Shown: piece by piece, positions 27,695 to 32,000 of the stretch
Layout: the number at the start of each line of letters is the position of its first letter
How positions within the stretch are numbered: the stretch's first letter is position 1
NCBI RefSeq assembly: GCF_000025945.1
Contig: NC_006138.1
Span: 2,040,001 to 2,072,000 of the forward strand
Length of the DNA stretch: 32,000 bases
Source: Desulfotalea psychrophila LSv54
GTDB taxonomy: Bacteria; Desulfobacterota; Desulfobulbia; Desulfobulbales; Desulfocapsaceae
Reading direction: 5' to 3'
Translations under genes and position numbers: made by a program
Notes under the pieces: generated by a model
Databases searched by the model: none
What the model saw: the letters and a program-made list of their open reading frames with translations, nothing else
What the model was told of the DNA's origin: nothing

Positions 27695-27855
27695 AAAGCT
27701 TGCCATCCTGTAATGCCCAATTTGATTAGCCTAATTATTTCATCAAAGATGTTTTGGGGCAAGATTGAGCCAAGGGGGATTTAGTGGAGATGGAGAGTCT
27801 GATCGTCTTTGTTGGAGATTCAGGGGTTTTAATTTGCCTCGGCTTTTTTAGAGAA

Positions 27856-27881
27856 GATGGGCATGCTTTGCTTTGCCCATC
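27856..27881. repeat. Hairpin GATGGGCA-(10 nt)-TGCCCATC
   Basis: 8-bp perfect stem in intergenic DNA. Single copy in this window. Confidence 0.5.
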
Positions 27882-28018
27882 CTACATCCTCGCCAGTGGC
27901 CAGATTCTGGCTTTAGGCATTAAACCGATAGGCATTTGCTATGCTGAATGAATCTAATCTCTACTTTTTTTGAAAAGGATATAGGGGGGTAGGCGGCTTG
28001 GCACCGTCCTCCGGACCT

Positions 28019-28363
28019 TTATTGGGGATAGTATTCCCCTGTGCGTTGATTGATTGCCCCACTATGATTATCCCTACTATTTTTAGTTATGATATCTGGA
28101 TGTTCAGCTCCGTTTTCATGCTCAATCCCAGACGGATTAAACTTCATGTCAGCACCCTGTTGTTCTTTTATGAGCTTATCATGGGCCTGATCCAGCATGC
28201 GCTGACTTTCCTCTGCACTATCTGCAAGGCGGTAGCCGGGGCGAGTTTCGCCGCTTTGTCTCATATGCTCTTCTGGTTCGGCTTTCGGCTCCACTCATGT
28301 TTTTGTATGGGCCGTGGATGATAACAAAACTGCTGCCAGTGCTAAAACGATAAACCCTTTCAT
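28019..28363 (-). pseudogene. Small secreted acidic protein with an in-frame TGA after the signal peptide (pseudogene, read-through, or two-part ORF)
   Basis: ATG at 28363 with a strong RBS (AGAGGGGGGG). MKGFIVLALAAVLLSSTAHTKT, then TGA (28295-28297), then in the same frame VEPKAEPEEHMRQSGE...GEYYPQ*. Confidence 0.35.
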
Positions 28364-28779
28364 GTCCACCCCCCTCTATGATTGACCATCCCCCTGTTGC
28401 TGTCATTTTAGATTTTATCATAAGATAACCCACCTTTTAAGGTTAGGGAAAAATCCCCTGATTTACAATGGCTCTTTTTGGGGGGAGGAGTTGAGTGGCC
28501 GATGCCACTCTTCCATGCCGATCTCTTCGGCCTTGCCAGGATTTCCCCTCCCACTCCAGGCCACTCCCTGACTCAAGCAGATATAAAACTACTGGCAGAA
28601 GATCATTGTCAGGAGTATGGTTGGCATGTTTGTAAGTGTACGATAGAACTGGCGATATCTGGTCTTCTTGTGAGGACGGAATGTTTCCATGTTTGATGGA
28701 TGATATCGGGGTAGGTGGAAAGTCTTGGTCGTATGGGGACTACTGCTGTAATCAGGAGGGACGTTCCTTCAACAAGAGA

Positions 28780-28808
28780 TTGGCATCACGACCAATTTGA
28801 TTGATAAT
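28780..28808 (+). promoter_or_regulatory. Sigma70-like promoter for the AT-rich cassette
   Basis: TTGGCA, 17-nt spacer, GATAAT. The -10 ends 31 nt upstream of the ATG at 28839. Confidence 0.45.
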
Positions 28809-28838
28809 ATTTAAGAGCAGGGTCTGGAATCTTGAGAT

Positions 28839-29915
28839 ATGAAAAAAGTTAAGAACAAAATGCAATATAATCGGTTATCAAAAAGACGATTTGAAAAAAA
28901 AATAAAGAGAAAAAAACATAAAAAAGAGCTAATAAAATTAGCTATACAACAAAAAAAAAGCATTTTGAATGTAAAAAGAAATAAATTAAAATTACATAAA
29001 AAAGCAAATGCTGAAGACTTTATCGAACTAAAGCCACCATCGCATTTTAGTATTATTGAGAACCCAAATGAAACTTTAACTTTTTTTGAAAGTTTAGAAA
29101 GTAACCTTCTTAACTACGATCCAATTTATATTAACATGTCGGAAATAAGCAGAATGACTGTAGATGCATTGTTATATTATATTTCAATTTTACAGCATAT
29201 TAAAACAAAGCTTAGTGCCTATATTTTAAAAGGTTCATTTCCCGAAGATGAAGAAACTTTAACATTGATGAAGCGATCCGGCTTTTTAAGGTATTTTAAA
29301 ACATCTGAAGATAATATTAATACTCATAGAGATTATGTTGAAATAAAAAGTGGTAATATTGCAGATAATCAAGTTGTTAAAGATATATGTCTTTTTGTTA
29401 TGGAGAAAATGAAAGTCGGTAGGGTAAAAACACAAAAATTGTATGATATTATTTTTGAAATGATGTTAAACACAAAACAACATGCCTATAATGCTAATAC
29501 GAATAAATATGATAATTGGTTATTGTTTTTGAAGTTTAATCCGGATAAATCTAATATAGAGTTTATTTTTTTGGATAAGGGCTTTGGTATTCCTCAAACA
29601 GTAAGAAAAAATAAATTAGAAATAGCCGTAAAATGGTTTTCTAAAATAGGGATAACTGAATTTAGCGAGACTGATTTAGTTGATTCAGCATTAAAGGGAG
29701 CATTTAGAACTAAAACGGAAAAAGGATATAGAGGGAAAGGTTTACCTAAAATAAATCAATATTTTGAAAATGGATATATAAAATCATTAAATATTATATC
29801 TAAAAAAGCTTGTATAACTGCAGAAAACAAACATGATTTGGAAAAAGAAATAATCGGTACACTATATTCCTGGAAAATCACAAAGGATAGTATAAATGGC
29901 AACAATAATTATTAG
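28839..29915 (+). CDS. GHKL-superfamily ATPase / RsbW-SpoIIAB-like serine-kinase-type protein with a Lys/Arg-rich N-terminal tail
   Basis: N-box FEMMLNTKQHAY, G1 box FLDKGFGIP and G2 box YRGKGLPKI. The first ~55 aa are extremely basic (KKVKNK..KRRFEKKIKRKKHKKE..KRNKLKLHKK). The middle segment (IYINMSEISRMTVDALLYYISIL) looks STAS-like. Confidence 0.68.
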   Translation: MKKVKNKMQYNRLSKRRFEKKIKRKKHKKELIKLAIQQKKSILNVKRNKLKLHKKANAEDFIELKPPSHFSIIENPNETLTFFESLESNLLNYDPIYINMSEISRMTVDALLYYISILQHIKTKLSAYILKGSFPEDEETLTLMKRSGFLRYFKTSEDNINTHRDYVEIKSGNIADNQVVKDICLFVMEKMKVGRVKTQKLYDIIFEMMLNTKQHAYNANTNKYDNWLLFLKFNPDKSNIEFIFLDKGFGIPQTVRKNKLEIAVKWFSKIGITEFSETDLVDSALKGAFRTKTEKGYRGKGLPKINQYFENGYIKSLNIISKKACITAENKHDLEKEIIGTLYSWKITKDSINGNNNY

Positions 29916-30213
29916 TGAAACATTTACAGATGCACCTGGTGGAAGGTTGCGTTCCGATGGCCCAAAGTCTGGAGAAGAATTCAGAAATGATTTTTTGATA
30001 CCGGTTTTTGACAAGCTAACTGAATCAGAACAGATAACTATTGATTTAGACGGTTGTTTTGGATACGCAACCAGTTTTTTAGAAGAAGTTTTTGGAGGGT
30101 TATCAAGAGAATACGGAGCAAAAAAAGTTTTGGAAAAATTAAAATTTAAATCTGATGAAGAACCTCTTTTAATAACAGAAATTCAGGAGTATATAAAAGA
30201 TGCTTCGAAATAA
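29896..30213 (+). CDS. STAS-like small protein (DUF4325-type)
   Basis: 105 aa. ..QITIDLDGCFGYATSFLEEVFGGL.. follows the STAS-like 'v.lDf.gv...tsSFldE.fg' pattern. Overlaps the ATPase gene by 20 nt. RBS AAGGA. Confidence 0.6.
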   Translation: MATIIISETFTDAPGGRLRSDGPKSGEEFRNDFLIPVFDKLTESEQITIDLDGCFGYATSFLEEVFGGLSREYGAKKVLEKLKFKSDEEPLLITEIQEYIKDASK

Positions 30214-30508
30214 AGTAGGGATTTTTCTTGTTTTTTTAATTTTAGTAATCACCATTGATTTGTTAACAATCAATTTTCTGAAATGGGACTTTCTAAGTGT
30301 TAATTTTTTTAATTGTCGATTAATTGAAATTTTAAGGCTACTTGTAATGATATTTTTAAGTTGTTACGTTGCTTATTGGGTTTCAATTAAAAGTAATGCA
30401 ATTCAAAAAAAGAAGGATCTTTGTTTGGTTTTGATAAATGAGGGTAACTTGATTCTATCAGAACAAAAAGAGTTAACACTTTTCGTTTACACAGCAAACA
30501 AGCAATAA
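30200..30508 (+). CDS. Small membrane protein with two predicted TM helices
   Basis: VGIFLVFLILVITIDLLTINFL and LIEILRLLVMIFLSCYVAYWVSI. Overlaps the STAS-like gene by 14 nt. RBS AGGAG. Confidence 0.55.
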   Translation: MLRNKVGIFLVFLILVITIDLLTINFLKWDFLSVNFFNCRLIEILRLLVMIFLSCYVAYWVSIKSNAIQKKKDLCLVLINEGNLILSEQKELTLFVYTANKQ

Positions 30509-30545
30509 AGATGATGGCAAGTTAGTTTTAAGTGGCTTTAGGCGA

Positions 30546-30761
30546 ATGAACAATAAATTAGATGCTATAAATATATTGTGCAGCAAAATTGATTCCAAGC
30601 TATCTGCTAGTACATTAATTACAAATTTTAAAATAATAAAAGAGCAGTTTGGGGATAGTTATATGGCAGGTTTTGCACTTGAAGATTCAAAAAAAATAGA
30701 AAAAAATTTTGATAAATTTGAAAAACTGTTTGATGACTTAAGGATTCAATTGTTAATTTAA
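30546..30761 (+). CDS. 71-aa helical protein of unknown function (may be the displaced C-terminus of the 2-TM protein)
   Basis: Same AT-rich composition as the cassette. Its frame is open upstream to 30477 and overlaps the end of the preceding ORF. Confidence 0.4.
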   Translation: MNNKLDAINILCSKIDSKLSASTLITNFKIIKEQFGDSYMAGFALEDSKKIEKNFDKFEKLFDDLRIQLLI

Positions 30762-30770
30762 GTATTCTCA

Positions 30771-30828
30771 GCTAACAAAACGTTGCACCGGATTCGCTGA
30801 AGCCTGTCGGTGAACTACCCGTCATACC
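30771..30828 (+). other. attC-like imperfect hairpin at the 3' end of the AT-rich cassette (decayed R' box)
   Basis: AGCTAAC-aaaac-GTT[G]CACCG...CGGTGAAC-taccc-GTCATAC. It has the same layout as classical attC (R'' RYYYAAC, 5-nt spacer, L''/L' with one extrahelical base after GTT), but R' reads GTCATAC rather than GTTRRRY. Confidence 0.3.
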
Positions 30829-30898
30829 TATTATTGATTACTATGATTGATCGAGTTGTCAGCTAGGCAGTGGGTATTTTCTTTCATCAGCAAGAGAA

Positions 30899-30920
30899 GA
30901 TGCAGTAAGATCTTTGCATC
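30899..30920 (-). terminator. Hairpin downstream of the ACP gene (candidate terminator on the minus strand)
   Basis: GATGCA-(10 nt)-TGCATC, followed on the minus strand by ttctctt. Confidence 0.35.
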
Positions 30921-30941
30921 TCCTCTATTCTGGTTATTAGG

Positions 30942-30981
30942 CTAGCATCTAGCATCTAGCATCTAGCATCTAGCATCTAGC
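30942..30981. repeat. Heptanucleotide tandem repeat (CTAGCAT) x5 plus a partial copy
   Basis: Directly read: ctagcat ctagcat ctagcat ctagcat ctagcat ctagc. The last partial unit supplies the TAG stop of the minus-strand ACP gene. Confidence 0.95.
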
Positions 30982-31243
30982 CGATTTCCTGCGAAATAAA
31001 GTCGGCCAAACTAGCAATGGATTCGAGGACCCTACGGCTGGTGTCTTCGCCGCCGATGCGGATATCGTACTGCTTCTGGACCAGGAAGACTATCTCGACG
31101 GCGTCGAGGGAGTCGAGGCCGAGGGGTGAGTCCGGGCCGATGAGTTGGGCATCACTGGGGAAATCGTCGGGGGCATCCATCACCTTGCAGGCATCAATAA
31201 TTAGTAGCTTCAGATTCCTTTCTAACTCTGCTCTCTTCTCCAT
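30977..31243 (-). CDS. Acyl carrier protein-like (phosphopantetheine attachment site)
   Basis: 88 aa, acidic, with LGLDSLDAVEIVF (DSL Ser motif). Confidence 0.82.
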   Translation of the reverse strand: MEKRAELERNLKLLIIDACKVMDAPDDFPSDAQLIGPDSPLGLDSLDAVEIVFLVQKQYDIRIGGEDTSRRVLESIASLADFISQEIG

Positions 31244-31508
31244 ATCTTTCCTTAAAAACGGCCCCTCTCAGAGGTGGCACAATATAAATTTATTATAAAA
31301 TAGCCTACCTGTAGGCTTGAAAACCATTGTCTAAAGGGTGTCTTTGAAAAATGAGACTTTTCGATAAATATCAGCTAAGCCCCGACTGCGAGGCATTTGG
31401 AAAATATTACCACAGGCATCGTTGATATCGGAGTCTACGCTTACCTCCGAGGATAAAATTTTTCATACAACGCAGAGATTTGAAGAAGAGACCATTTTTC
31501 GAGGCTCC

Positions 31509-32000
31509 CTAGAGGGTACCCTTGCCATATCTCCAAGAAAAAACCAAGCGGGAAAGGACAAGGCAGACCAGAAAAAAGCCCAGCAAAAGACCAATATTGC
31601 TCAGGATCGAGTGGATATCACCGCCCCGGACAAAGAGTTCGACAAAGCCCTCTAATCCCCAGGCCAGGGGGGAAAAGCCACTCAGTGTTTTCATAAATGC
31701 AGGCATAACATAGGTGGGAACCATGATTCCACCTATGGCGGCGGCAATGACCACTGAGACGGCACCGAGCATGGAGGCCTGATCGTAGCTACGGGCAAAG
31801 GCACCGAGGAGGAGACCATAGCCGGTGGCCGCCAGGGCCGCACAGAGGGCGAGGAGGAAGACCGCCCCCGGATGATCTCCGAGAAGGAGGGCGGGGGTGC
31901 CAAAGAGGGGCAGAATCCATTTACCCACCGCCAACATCAGAGAGAACTGGATGAGGCAGACCAGCACATAGGCCGCCGTCTTTCCTGCGACGATGACCTC
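31509..32000 (-). CDS. ABC-2-type transporter permease, C-terminal part (5' end beyond the window)
   Basis: Frame open to the window edge (EVIVAGKTAAYVLVCLIQ..). There are several TM segments and a C-terminal ..LSGFSPLAWGLEGF.. typical of ABC-2 permeases. Confidence 0.72.
   Translation of the reverse strand, partial: EVIVAGKTAAYVLVCLIQFSLMLAVGKWILPLFGTPALLLGDHPGAVFLLALCAALAATGYGLLLGAFARSYDQASMLGAVSVVIAAAIGGIMVPTYVMPAFMKTLSGFSPLAWGLEGFVELFVRGGDIHSILSNIGLLLGFFLVCLVLSRLVFSWRYGKGTL

Noticed and set aside
27511-27762. 84-aa N-terminal extension of the Fic ORF given by the ORF track (start at 27762).
   Set aside because: The extension is translated through the 97-bp repeat and the GC-rich hairpin (giving ..RTRRPRSQ..). 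The internal Met at 27510 has a good RBS and begins the conserved Fic N-terminal region.
28295-28297. Selenocysteine recoding of the in-frame TGA.
   Set aside because: I could not fold a SECIS-like stem-loop at the expected distance downstream. There is no Cys/redox motif around the site, so a nonsense mutation is more parsimonious.
27998-28321. 107-aa plus-strand ORF.
   Set aside because: It is antisense to the small secreted ORF. Its sequence is hydrophobic and Cys/Phe-rich with a non-ATG start and no RBS. The minus-strand reading has a strong RBS and a signal peptide.
28478-28696. 72-aa plus-strand ORF (TTG start) in the island.
   Set aside because: It has no RBS, a non-ATG start and no recognisable motif. 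It may be a relic of a degraded gene, but I cannot support a call.
30942-30981. CRISPR array.
   Set aside because: It consists of 7-nt units with no spacers. It is a simple tandem repeat.
31422-31655. 77-aa and 63-aa plus-strand ORFs at 31422-31713.
   Set aside because: They are antisense to the ABC-2 permease C-terminus and have a Lys/Gln-rich low-complexity translation.

Overview
This is a chromosomal window of roughly 50% G+C. By gene content it is probably from a Desulfobacterota-type anaerobe, but I cannot confirm that without a database search.

- **1-14.9 kb, housekeeping genes.** These are the nqrF 3' end plus an unlisted 57-aa NqrM-like ORF, a GlcF-like Fe-S protein, prfB with its programmed +1 frameshift, lnt and corC. 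Next come a divergent biotin carboxylase with a fused AccA-AccD carboxyltransferase, a SIMPL protein and an MltB-like transglycosylase. A B12-radical-SAM / KAS-III-like pair closes the block.
- **15-25.9 kb, choline trimethylamine-lyase microcompartment locus.** It encodes a DMT permease with a small coupled protein, a MerR/GyrI-like regulator and a tandem BMC shell protein. These are followed by an AdhE-type aldehyde dehydrogenase homologue that appears to lack its catalytic Cys and Asn, then CutC and CutD. A PduT-like protein, an unknown protein, a PduU/EutS-like protein and a frameshifted eutP/pduV complete it. Two promoters share an identical 19-mer and have MerR-style 19-bp spacers. No BMC-P pentamer, alcohol dehydrogenase or phosphotransacylase is present in the window.
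- **25.9-30.9 kb, accessory island.** A Fic gene is bracketed by ~97-bp direct repeats. A small secreted ORF carries an in-frame TGA. A strikingly AT-rich four-gene cassette encodes an RsbW-like GHKL ATPase with a basic tail, a STAS-like partner, a 2-TM protein and a small helical protein. The cassette ends in an attC-like hairpin and is my best candidate for an undescribed conflict system.
- **30.9-32 kb.** A (CTAGCAT)x5 repeat abuts an ACP gene, followed by a partial ABC-2 permease.
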